Source of the DNA: Desulfosudaceae bacterium
GTDB taxonomy: Bacteria > Desulfobacterota > Desulfobacteria > Desulfobacterales > Desulfosudaceae
NCBI GenBank assembly: GCA_963674745.2
Contig: CAXXDV010000001.1
Span: 992,001 to 1,056,000, forward strand
Direction: 5' to 3'
Length of the DNA stretch: 64,000 nucleotides
Shown here: positions 39,996 to 48,557 of the stretch, in pieces
Layout of the letters: each line of letters begins with the position of its first letter
Numbering within the stretch: the stretch's first letter is position 1
The notes under the pieces: generated by a model
Seen by the model: only the letters and a program-made list of their open reading frames with translations
Told to the model about the DNA's origin: nothing
Databases searched by the model: none
Program-made: the position numbers and the translations under genes

Positions 39996-40213
39996 CTAAC
40001 GTATCCTTACTTTTAGAAATACCTTTGCTTACATTTTGGACTTGTATCCGTCTCAGGACGGTCTTTGGCATTTAATCGGCATTACGTTAACATGCCGACC
40101 GGCAAAAGAAAACAGAAGATGGAATTGGGGTTAACGGCTCGGCCCGTGGGACCGGGCCTTAGGCATAAGGTGGTCGTCAGTTCAATCACACGGCCGGGCT
40201 TTAAATGCCGTAT

Positions 40214-41518
40214 TCACAGGTTGATGCGCTGGGCGGCCTGGATTTTCCCGGCCCGGGCCTGGTCAACCCCGGCCTGTTCGGCAAATTCGGGCCAGCGGCG
40301 GAAAATGTCGATAACGTGATCGATCATCTTTTCGGCACGGGGCTTTTTGATATCCGCTGCTTTGGCCAGGGCGATCAGGTCCGCGCGTTCAAACCCGTCC
40401 CGCTTGCCGTTGACGCTCATCTGGTGGCGGCTCGTCCATTGGCCGGCCGGGTTCCAGGCATAAGAGAGGTCGAAGGCGGGCGACAGCCGCCATTGGCCCC
40501 GCCGATTCATGAGAAAGGCGATGTTTTTGACATGATCGTCGCAATTGCGGCCGACCACATTAAAAATGGCCCGCAGGACCTGCTGATCCATGTCTTTTCG
40601 GGAAAGGCCCAGCCGACGGATGACCTGGATGGCCTGCTCATACGAATAGGCGGCCGGTTGCCGATAATCAAAATGGGCCATGGCGCCCAGGGACTGCATG
40701 TGCACTTTTCCGCCGGCAACGGTCCGGTCAAACCGCCGGGTCATAAAATGACTGCGGTCGCCCTCATGATGCAGGCGACAGGCCGTCATCTCTATACCGG
40801 CTTCGACGGCCATCAGGTGATAGGCGTATTCAATCCGGCCGTAACCCTGGGAGGCGGCGATTTCCGTGTCAAGACTGCCGGTGATGCCGTCAAACTTCAT
40901 CAGCCAGTATTCAAAGCCCTGCCCGGCGTCGATCTGTCCTGACCGGAACTCATTGGTCGACGGGTTCCAGGCCAGGATCGCTTTGGCCCTGGCGCCGCCG
41001 GCCGAGGTGCCGACGCGGAGAATATCAGTGATGGTTTCCCGGTCGTCGACACCGGAAAAAACGCCGCCGACGCCGTTGCGCTCGTCCAGAATCCGATTGG
41101 CCAGATCGACGAGTCTGGCGATCTCAAGCGAACGCCCGGCGGCCGGCGCCTCGATCGTGGCCGGCTGAAACTCCAGGGCCCCCATGCCGCGACTACCGAC
41201 ATAGCACAGGCGTTCCACCGGATGAAAACTGACCGCGGTTCGCCCCTGGGAAGCCAGCCAGGCGTCAATAAGGGCATGGCCGTACCGGTCCGGAAGCGAG
41301 TCCGCCAGCAGTCCCGGCAGCCCTTTGAAGGTGTTCCTGGCCAGGGCCGGGAACTCATAAGGAAATTCGGCCAGGGGCATCATCAGCGGCGCCAGCTGAA
41401 TACCGCTGCGCAGAAAGTCGGGCGCGTACTGGAAGACCCCGATCTCCCTGTCTTCCAGCCAGGTGACGGCACCGATCACGCTGCCCCAGAGAAGCACGTG
41501 GGCGTCGTTATTCATCAT
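40214..41518 (-). CDS. hipA: HipA-family toxin kinase
   Basis: LADSLPDRYG, GTSAGGARAKA, RNCDDHVKN, LSPAFD; probable ATG at 41518/41515 overlapping the antitoxin stop. Confidence 0.92.
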   Translation of the reverse strand: MMNNDAHVLLWGSVIGAVTWLEDREIGVFQYAPDFLRSGIQLAPLMMPLAEFPYEFPALARNTFKGLPGLLADSLPDRYGHALIDAWLASQGRTAVSFHPVERLCYVGSRGMGALEFQPATIEAPAAGRSLEIARLVDLANRILDERNGVGGVFSGVDDRETITDILRVGTSAGGARAKAILAWNPSTNEFRSGQIDAGQGFEYWLMKFDGITGSLDTEIAASQGYGRIEYAYHLMAVEAGIEMTACRLHHEGDRSHFMTRRFDRTVAGGKVHMQSLGAMAHFDYRQPAAYSYEQAIQVIRRLGLSRKDMDQQVLRAIFNVVGRNCDDHVKNIAFLMNRRGQWRLSPAFDLSYAWNPAGQWTSRHQMSVNGKRDGFERADLIALAKAADIKKPRAEKMIDHVIDIFRRWPEFAEQAGVDQARAGKIQAAQRINL

Positions 41519-41876
41519 CACCCCCGCCGTCGCCCCACGACCAGGTCGGAGAGGGATCACCGGATTGGACCGGGCGCGCCCGCTGGCGCTCTGTGCCGCC
41601 GATGCCGACCCGCTCAATGGGTCTTACCGTGGGGTCCGGCAGCAGGGCTTCGAAGTTCTGCTGAATGCCCAGCGCCATCAGAACCCGAATAAAGGTGTCC
41701 ATGGAAACCCCCTGGCCCTTTTCAAGCCGGCCGATGGTTCGTAGCGACACCCCGGCTCGTTCGGCAAGTTGCGCCTGGGTGATGTTACGGGAAAGCCGGA
41801 TGCCTTCCAGCCGTTTGCAGAGGGCGGCTTCGATCCGGGAGCTCGTTGCTACAGAGAAGTCTATATTGTAAGCCAT
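41508..41876 (-). CDS. XRE/HipB-like antitoxin
   Basis: ITQAQLAERAGVSLRTIGRLEKG HTH, RQRAR...W tail; directly upstream of hipA. Confidence 0.85.
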   Translation of the reverse strand: MAYNIDFSVATSSRIEAALCKRLEGIRLSRNITQAQLAERAGVSLRTIGRLEKGQGVSMDTFIRVLMALGIQQNFEALLPDPTVRPIERVGIGGTERQRARPVQSGDPSPTWSWGDGGGDDE

Positions 41877-42015
41877 ATTTTACCTGTAAAGTGATATTTT
41901 AATATATAATTGGTAAAATATGACCACATAAAAGAAAAGTCAAGGAAAATGAAATTAAAAAGCAATATATTGCTTTTTAATTATTTAAATTGCAATTAAA
42001 AAGTAAAATATTACC
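41871..42015. promoter_or_regulatory. hipBA promoter/operator region
   Basis: Perfect 30-bp palindrome at 41953-41982 and three copies of (G/A)GTAAAATAT(G/T)(A/G)C(C/T) at 41871-41884 (rc), 41912-41925 and 42002-42015. Confidence 0.6.
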
Positions 42016-42137
42016 TATAAAAAATTTAATCTGAAGGATATCGTCGAATGATTTACGCTTATACACTCTGCAAGGCTTGCCTGATACCTCTTTCGAGAAA
42101 TTTTGAGGCTAAACAGCCGTTCACCGGCTTTCCTGAT

Positions 42138-44042
42138 TTAATCCGGAAACTCCCTCAGCGACTCATGGATCCCTTTGTGGATCTCATACCAGAATTCATA
42201 GGCGGCGGCCTTTTTGTCCCGTTCAAAAAAATCGATCCAGTGGTCAAGGTCGATATTGTCGATATTATCGACTTCTTTTTTCTTTTTCAGAAAGGTGACC
42301 ACCAGGTCGGCCACGCGTTCGGGTTCCCAGAAGACCGAGGCGTTGCGGCTGGCAATACGACCGGCGGTAAGGTTGATGGCGCGCAGGTATTGCTCGCCCT
42401 GGCCGAAAATCTTTTCCACAATATCAGGAATCATTTCTTCGGCCCAGCCGCGATGAAAGCGGCAGACGCCCATGTTGTCCAGGGCGAGTTCTTTTATCAG
42501 GCGGCGGGCGCACTCCCGGCCCAGGTCCCGGGGCGGCAGAAAGTCGCGGCCGTAATGCATGTAGTATTTACCCATGATGGCCATGGGCGCAAAGGCGCCG
42601 GGAGTCCAGTACTGGTTGGGCACCATCCAGCCCTGACGGGCAAAGGCGAGATAGACAAAACGGTCGCGAACAGCCGCGCCTTTTTCCCGGGCCAGGCCAC
42701 GGGCGAACTTGCGGGCACCCAGGGCCAGGGAAATTTTACCATCCGGTTTGGTCATCTGATCCAGCAGGGCCATTCCCAGGCGGGCATTGTGGGCGGAGTC
42801 TTCGACCGGGTCAAAAGCATCCGCGTTCCAGCGGGGCCGGTCATCCACACCCAGTTCGGCCGGCTCGATCAGGTTTTCATCAAGACAGTCCATGAGCCAG
42901 GCCAGCACACCGCCCACGGAAATGGCGTCAAACCCCAGGCGATCGGCATGATGGTTGAGCTGTTCGGCGGCCCGCTGGTCAAAGATACCGCACAGGGGAC
43001 CCAGGGCCTGGTAGGGCTCGTAATCTTTTTTAAATTCGTTGTTCAGTTTTTTACATACCGCGGCGCAGGGCTCCCCGCAGGTGCGCTGCTGCTTGGTACG
43101 GATGGTCTCTTCATTGAACTGTTTCAAATAATGATCCAGAATCAGGCGCTGATGCAGGTCCCGGCGTTGGGTTTGGGTCCAGTAAATGGTGCGGTAGTTG
43201 AAGGCCAGCAGGTTGTCTTCCATACCGGCATAGTTGACGCCGAAAGTACCGCCGGTGTTGAATTTGGGATCAAAACGATACTTGGTGGTGGCCTCCACGT
43301 CCTTGGCCGCCAGGCGTTGATTGTATTTGTCTTTAAACCATTCATCGGCCACTGAGCGGTTGAGAAAGTCCTCGTCCACGTAAGTGCCGCCGTAAATGAT
43401 GCCGATAATTCCGTGCGCCTGTAGCAACTTGCTGCCCAGGCCGCCCCTGCCGGCCCAGGTGTCGGCATGGGTGATGACGCCTTTTTTAACCGGCGCGGAA
43501 CAAATGGCCCCGATATCCGTGTTCTGGGCGGCCGGACCCACGGCCAGCACCCGGGGATCGTTTTCATATTTTTTGCCGAATCGTTCCAGGGCCTGTTCCA
43601 TCACGGCATACACCCCTCCCCGGCCGCTGTTCCAGACATGATGCGGATTAACCGGAACCAGTTCCACCTCGATCTCTTCACCGTGGTTGCGGTTCAGATA
43701 TAATAAAGACGGATGATTGGCCTGATTAATGATAGACAGCATGTTGATGCCCAGGTTATCGAATACCAGGGCCGCGCCGCCCATGGAAGAAATATAGAAC
43801 CCGTGCCAGCAGGGCGATATGCCGGTGAATATGAGCCGGTTGGAACCGGGCAGAACCGATCCGGCCAGGAGACCGGCACCGATATTGAGGCTGTTGTGTT
43901 TATAGGCCAGGTGAATACCCAGGTCCACGGGCCCGAAGAAATCACCGACCGGATAACGTTGCAGGCGATAAAAGCCGCTGGACGCGTCCAGCATCAGCAC
44001 CTTGAGGGTATGGATTGACTTGTTCTGACCGGGCTTGTTCAT
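42138..44042 (-). CDS. Aldehyde:ferredoxin oxidoreductase family protein (W/Mo)
   Basis: AVGPAA, AGRGGLGS, TCGEPCAAVC, DYEPY, ADRLGFDAISVG, DNMGVCRF. Confidence 0.85.
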   Translation of the reverse strand: MNKPGQNKSIHTLKVLMLDASSGFYRLQRYPVGDFFGPVDLGIHLAYKHNSLNIGAGLLAGSVLPGSNRLIFTGISPCWHGFYISSMGGAALVFDNLGINMLSIINQANHPSLLYLNRNHGEEIEVELVPVNPHHVWNSGRGGVYAVMEQALERFGKKYENDPRVLAVGPAAQNTDIGAICSAPVKKGVITHADTWAGRGGLGSKLLQAHGIIGIIYGGTYVDEDFLNRSVADEWFKDKYNQRLAAKDVEATTKYRFDPKFNTGGTFGVNYAGMEDNLLAFNYRTIYWTQTQRRDLHQRLILDHYLKQFNEETIRTKQQRTCGEPCAAVCKKLNNEFKKDYEPYQALGPLCGIFDQRAAEQLNHHADRLGFDAISVGGVLAWLMDCLDENLIEPAELGVDDRPRWNADAFDPVEDSAHNARLGMALLDQMTKPDGKISLALGARKFARGLAREKGAAVRDRFVYLAFARQGWMVPNQYWTPGAFAPMAIMGKYYMHYGRDFLPPRDLGRECARRLIKELALDNMGVCRFHRGWAEEMIPDIVEKIFGQGEQYLRAINLTAGRIASRNASVFWEPERVADLVVTFLKKKKEVDNIDNIDLDHWIDFFERDKKAAAYEFWYEIHKGIHESLREFPD

Positions 44043-44073
44043 TGCTTAATCCCCCTCCGATTGATGATATCCG

Positions 44074-45273
44074 TCAGGTGGTTTGCCGTTTCCTGCCGAC
44101 AATCAGCAGTCCCAGCGCGGCCACCAGGGCAAAGGCGGCCCCGGTCATGAAGGCGACTGGCGGACCGAACATACTCCACAGTGTACCCGCTATTACACTG
44201 GCCAGCAAGAGGGCAATACCGGAGACCAGATTAAAAATGCCGAAGGCCGTGCCGCGCAGATCGGCCGGGACGGTATCGGCCACCAGTTTGGCGAAAAGCC
44301 CCTGGGTACAGGCCATGTGCAGACCCCACAGGGCGGTTCCGGCAAATACCGACCAGGCGGATGATGCTACCGCCAGCACCAAATCGGCGACGATCAGCAG
44401 GGCCAGGCCTGAAAGCAGCAGGCTCCGGCGGCTGATACGATCCGAGACAGCGCCCAAGGGATAGGCAAACCCGGCGTAAAAAAAATTCATGACGATCATG
44501 ACGACCGGGACATAGGCCAGGGCCAGGCCGACGTTTTGCGCCCGCAGAACCAGAAAAGCTTCGCTGAACCGGGCCAGGGTAAACACCGTGCCGGTGACAA
44601 CAACCAGCCAGTAGCGACGGGACAGGCGTTTGGCATCCGTCAGGGCCAGGGTTTTGACCGTTTCCGCATCTTTATTTTCGGGTTCCCGCAGGTAAATGAT
44701 TAACAGGGCCACGGTGATAAAGGCCGGTACCACCGCCACCCACATGACCAGCCGGATATTGTTGGCCAGCCAGAGCATGAGCACAACCGCCAGTATCGGC
44801 CCGATTAAAGCGCCTAAGGAATCCAGGGCCTGGCGCAGGCCATAGGCCGCGCCCCGGAATTGCGGCGGGGTGATATCGGCCACCATGGCGTCGCGGGGCG
44901 CGCCGCGGATACCCTTGCCGACGCGATCGATAAACCGGCCGGCCATGACCCAGTTGATCGAGGTGGCCAGGGGAAACAAGGGCTTGGTCAAAGCGGCCAG
45001 GGCATAGCCGGACACCAGCACCAGCTTGCGGCGGCCGAGATAATCGCTGAGCACCCCGGAAAAGATCTTGGTGATGGCGGCGGTGGCTTCGGCAACACCC
45101 TCGATCACGCCGACGGTAACCATCGAAGCCCCTAAAACCGAGACCATAAATACGGGCAGAATGCTGTGGATAAGCTCGGAAGAGATATCCATGAACATGG
45201 AGCCGAAACCCAGCACCCAGACACCGGTCGGCAGCGTGCGAAGGGGATTTGTTTTACCGGGGTATCCTGACAT
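44074..45273 (-). CDS. MFS transporter (start uncertain)
   Basis: DISSE, GVLSDYLGRRK, DRVGKGIRGAPRDA; about 12 TMs. Confidence 0.9.
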   Translation of the reverse strand: MSGYPGKTNPLRTLPTGVWVLGFGSMFMDISSELIHSILPVFMVSVLGASMVTVGVIEGVAEATAAITKIFSGVLSDYLGRRKLVLVSGYALAALTKPLFPLATSINWVMAGRFIDRVGKGIRGAPRDAMVADITPPQFRGAAYGLRQALDSLGALIGPILAVVLMLWLANNIRLVMWVAVVPAFITVALLIIYLREPENKDAETVKTLALTDAKRLSRRYWLVVVTGTVFTLARFSEAFLVLRAQNVGLALAYVPVVMIVMNFFYAGFAYPLGAVSDRISRRSLLLSGLALLIVADLVLAVASSAWSVFAGTALWGLHMACTQGLFAKLVADTVPADLRGTAFGIFNLVSGIALLLASVIAGTLWSMFGPPVAFMTGAAFALVAALGLLIVGRKRQTT

Positions 45274-45823
45274 TGTCATCATCGTAAAGGCCGCTCTCGG
45301 CGGTGGTGTGGCAAGCGGCACAGTTGGCCTGTGAACCGATTGCTTTATTGTTCAGAAAATCAGGGGGGATGCCCATGTGTTTCTTTCTTATATATGGAAT
45401 GTCGGTTATCCGGATCGGCACCTGATTGCCAAGGCTTTGCATGATTTTTACCGCTCGTTTGGCAGCGCTGGTTTCAGCAGCGTTTGATTTAAGATACATC
45501 AGAATTTCTTTTTTTGCCTCATCTTCAAGATCAACGGACTCACCAAAATGATCTTCCAGGTCGGCCAGAATCTTTTCCCATGAAGCGGACGGAAGAAGCG
45601 CCGGCTGATAGACGAAGTGACAGGCGCCGCACTGGTCTTTATATGTCTGGTTATCGACCGGTCGCAGATGGTCCTCATGATGTTCCTCATGTTCATGTTG
45701 TTCGTGCCTGCTTTCCCGGTGTTTTTCGTGGTGGTCATCGTCGGCTGCAGCCGAATAGAAGGCGGTGCAAAGGAGCATGATCACAAACAACAACTTCAGT
45801 AAATATTGATTCAATCCATACAC
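45254..45823 (-). CDS. Diheme cytochrome c (DHC family) with His-rich N-terminus
   Basis: Signal peptide, CGACH...LEDHFG...CAACH. Confidence 0.9.
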   Translation of the reverse strand: MYGLNQYLLKLLFVIMLLCTAFYSAAADDDHHEKHRESRHEQHEHEEHHEDHLRPVDNQTYKDQCGACHFVYQPALLPSASWEKILADLEDHFGESVDLEDEAKKEILMYLKSNAAETSAAKRAVKIMQSLGNQVPIRITDIPYIRKKHMGIPPDFLNNKAIGSQANCAACHTTAESGLYDDDNVRIPR

Positions 45824-45851
45824 TTTAATTACCTTTTACCTCCGGACAGCC

Positions 45852-46058
45852 TTATCGTTTGACAACAAACGGCAGTGCCGTCATCACAACTCCCGCCAGG
45901 GACAATATATACGCGTTGGGAATAAAATAGGGGCATACCATTAAGCCGATGCCGCAAAAAAGCGAGACCATTCTTTTCTGCTTTTTCCCGTAAACAAAAA
46001 GGCCCAAACCAATGGCCCCAAAAAGTACACCCAGCATTAAAGTCGACGTGCTGTCCAT
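45852..46058 (-). CDS. Small membrane protein
   Basis: LFGAIGLGLFVYGKKQ...L..CPYF. Confidence 0.7.
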   Translation of the reverse strand: MDSTSTLMLGVLFGAIGLGLFVYGKKQKRMVSLFCGIGLMVCPYFIPNAYILSLAGVVMTALPFVVKR

Positions 46059-46072
46059 TTATACCGGACCTT

Positions 46073-46414
46073 TCACTCAATAAACTTTCCGATAACACTA
46101 TGCTGCTGTTTGATTTCATGGATCAGTTTATCATAATGCCGCATGCGGATGGCGGCACGGACAATCAGGTAAATGCCGAAAACGACCAGCGCCAGGCTGA
46201 GTAAGGCCAGCGGGATTAAGGCGGGTAGGACATGGAGGATATCATAATACTTTGAGGTGGCGATGAGCACGCTCATGACCGACAGGGGCAGGGCCAACAC
46301 GGCGATGCCGGTGCGCATGACCGCCAGGGACGTCCGTTTCTCAGCCAGGAGTAGCTGGGCTTCATTAATGGCCAGAGTGTCACTTCTACCGGCATCTTCT
46401 GTCATATCCACCAC
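46073..46414 (-). CDS. DUF202/YidH-like membrane protein
   Basis: LAEKRTSLAVMRTGIA motif plus TMs. Confidence 0.75.
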   Translation of the reverse strand: MVDMTEDAGRSDTLAINEAQLLLAEKRTSLAVMRTGIAVLALPLSVMSVLIATSKYYDILHVLPALIPLALLSLALVVFGIYLIVRAAIRMRHYDKLIHEIKQQHSVIGKFIE

Positions 46415-46463
46415 CTCGTTTAATTACCGGGCTCTTTGTCTTGGCTGTTCCGTCGGTTCAACC

Positions 46464-46913
46464 TCAGACAGGATGCTTTCCAATATGCTGAACAAAAGTT
46501 CTCAGGTATCTGACGCTCGACAAAACCAGGGCCAGACCGATGCTGATATATAACACGGCCAGATATTGCCTGGGAATGACTGAATGCCGCAGCAAGGCCC
46601 CCATGGTAACCATGACGGCAATAATCAGGTAGCTCTTCCAGGGGATAAAGGCGAACAGGCATCGCTTGCCGGGCAGGGCAAGGATCCTGTCGAGGTTTTT
46701 GCCGGCTATCTTTAAAAAACCGAAATGATGAATCAGAAGTGCGAATACGAGACCGGCTATTTCATACATATGGGCGGTTGGGGACGGTATCGGCGACAGC
46801 CAGGAAAAGGCCATAAATAACAGCATGATACCAACCAGCGTCCAGACGATTCCCGCCAGGAGAACAAGAATATTGTTCGTTACCGCCGGTTTATATCTGT
46901 TGATCGCTGCCAT
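46464..46913 (-). CDS. Hypothetical membrane protein
   Basis: LAGIVW..VG..L, N..RI, CLFAF..WKSY; four TMs. Confidence 0.75.
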   Translation of the reverse strand: MAAINRYKPAVTNNILVLLAGIVWTLVGIMLLFMAFSWLSPIPSPTAHMYEIAGLVFALLIHHFGFLKIAGKNLDRILALPGKRCLFAFIPWKSYLIIAVMVTMGALLRHSVIPRQYLAVLYISIGLALVLSSVRYLRTFVQHIGKHPV

Positions 46914-46985
46914 AATGTAGGCATTATATAATCACTTTTAACCTTTTTTGCAAGCGATCACCATGATGGTTTAATAAAAAGGCCA

Positions 46986-48446
46986 TCATTTCAACAGCAT
47001 TTTATAAATCAGTTTATGGGCCCGTTTCCCGTAAGGCGGGTAAATCATCTTTCCGCTGTTGAACTTCGATTTGAAAAGCACCCCTTTTTCTTTTGAAAAC
47101 GCCAGGAATCCGGCCTGGCCGTGATAGTGGCCCATACCGGACTGACCGATACCACCGAAGGGCATGGTGTCCTGCGGCACATGGATGACGGTATCATTGA
47201 TCAGCACACCGCCGGAATGGGTGTTGTTGATGATATATTCGGCATTTTCGCGGTTGTAATCAAAATAATAAAGCGCCAGGGGACAGGGACGGTCGTTTAT
47301 GTATGCCACCGCCTCTTTCAACTCCCGGTAAGGAATGATCGGCAAAATCGGGCCGAAGATTTCTTTCTGTAGCACGGTCATTTCATCGGTGGCATTCAGA
47401 ATGATATGAAGCGGCAATTTACGGGTGCCGGTAAAATCTTCGTCGGCCGGGTTGATGACGATGATTTGGGCTCCCTTTTCCCGGGCGTCCTGCAAGAGGC
47501 CCTGAAGATGGGCGTATTGCTGATCATTTTCAACACTGGTAAAATCCGGGTTGTCTTTTAACGAGGGATACATGCGGACGACCGCCTGGCGCAAAGCCGC
47601 GATAAAATGCCCCACCCGGCGTTCATGACAAAGCACGTAATCGGGTGCTACGCAGGTCTGTCCGGAATTGAGCATTTTGCCCCAGGCAATGCGCTCGGCC
47701 GCGTCCGCTATGGGCACCCCGGCGCTGACAATGGCCGGTGATTTTCCGCCCAGCTCGAGGGTCACCGGGATCAGGTTGTCGGCCGCGGCCCGCATGACCT
47801 GCTTGCCGGCCCTGGTCGAGCCGGTAAACACAATATGGTCCCAGGGCTTGGCGGTAAAGGCGCTGCCGGAAACATCATCGCCGGCCAACAGCGCCACCTG
47901 GTCTTCACTGAAGGTTTCCCCGATGAGTTGTTTGAGCACCTCCGCTGTTTGGGGAACTTCCCGGCTCACCCGCAGAATGGCCCGGTTGCCGGCTGACAGG
48001 ACACTCACCAAAGGGCCGCCGATGGAAAGATAGACCGGGTAGTTCCAGGGCGAAATAATGCCGACAACGCCCAGTGGCTGATAATAGACTTTGGCCGAAG
48101 CCGGCATATACAGCATGCCGGGCAACCGCCGGGACGGTTTCATCCATTTTTTTAAATGCTTGACCGTATATTTGATGCCTTCAATAGCGGCCATCACTTC
48201 CGCCAGCCAGGTTTCATCCTTCGATCGGGCGCCAAAATCGGCATTGACCGCCTCGGCCAGTTTATCCTTATATTGAACCAGGCTTTTTTTCATCCGTTTC
48301 AGGTTGGCGATGCGCTCGTCGGCATCCGGCAGCGGATTTCTCAAACAAGCCGCTTTTTGCAGCTCAAAGAGCCGGTCCAGCTCGGACGAAACGGCCCGAT
48401 TCTCAGTTGAAAGGTCCTGCTCAAGATTATTTGTTGGCTGTTCCAT
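46986..48446 (-). CDS. Aldehyde dehydrogenase (coniferyl/fatty aldehyde, ALDH3-like)
   Basis: PWNYP, FTGST, LELGGKSP, GQTCVAPD, EIFGP. Confidence 0.92.
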   Translation of the reverse strand: MEQPTNNLEQDLSTENRAVSSELDRLFELQKAACLRNPLPDADERIANLKRMKKSLVQYKDKLAEAVNADFGARSKDETWLAEVMAAIEGIKYTVKHLKKWMKPSRRLPGMLYMPASAKVYYQPLGVVGIISPWNYPVYLSIGGPLVSVLSAGNRAILRVSREVPQTAEVLKQLIGETFSEDQVALLAGDDVSGSAFTAKPWDHIVFTGSTRAGKQVMRAAADNLIPVTLELGGKSPAIVSAGVPIADAAERIAWGKMLNSGQTCVAPDYVLCHERRVGHFIAALRQAVVRMYPSLKDNPDFTSVENDQQYAHLQGLLQDAREKGAQIIVINPADEDFTGTRKLPLHIILNATDEMTVLQKEIFGPILPIIPYRELKEAVAYINDRPCPLALYYFDYNRENAEYIINNTHSGGVLINDTVIHVPQDTMPFGGIGQSGMGHYHGQAGFLAFSKEKGVLFKSKFNSGKMIYPPYGKRAHKLIYKMLLK

Positions 48447-48557
48447 CGTTACTCCTCCATGCTTAAAAATATTTATCCAAGAATATAACGTTGTTCTTTA
48501 TGACTTCTTTGGCATAACGGATCAAAACAAATCCTGCTTCGCCGTTTTTCCGGCGCA

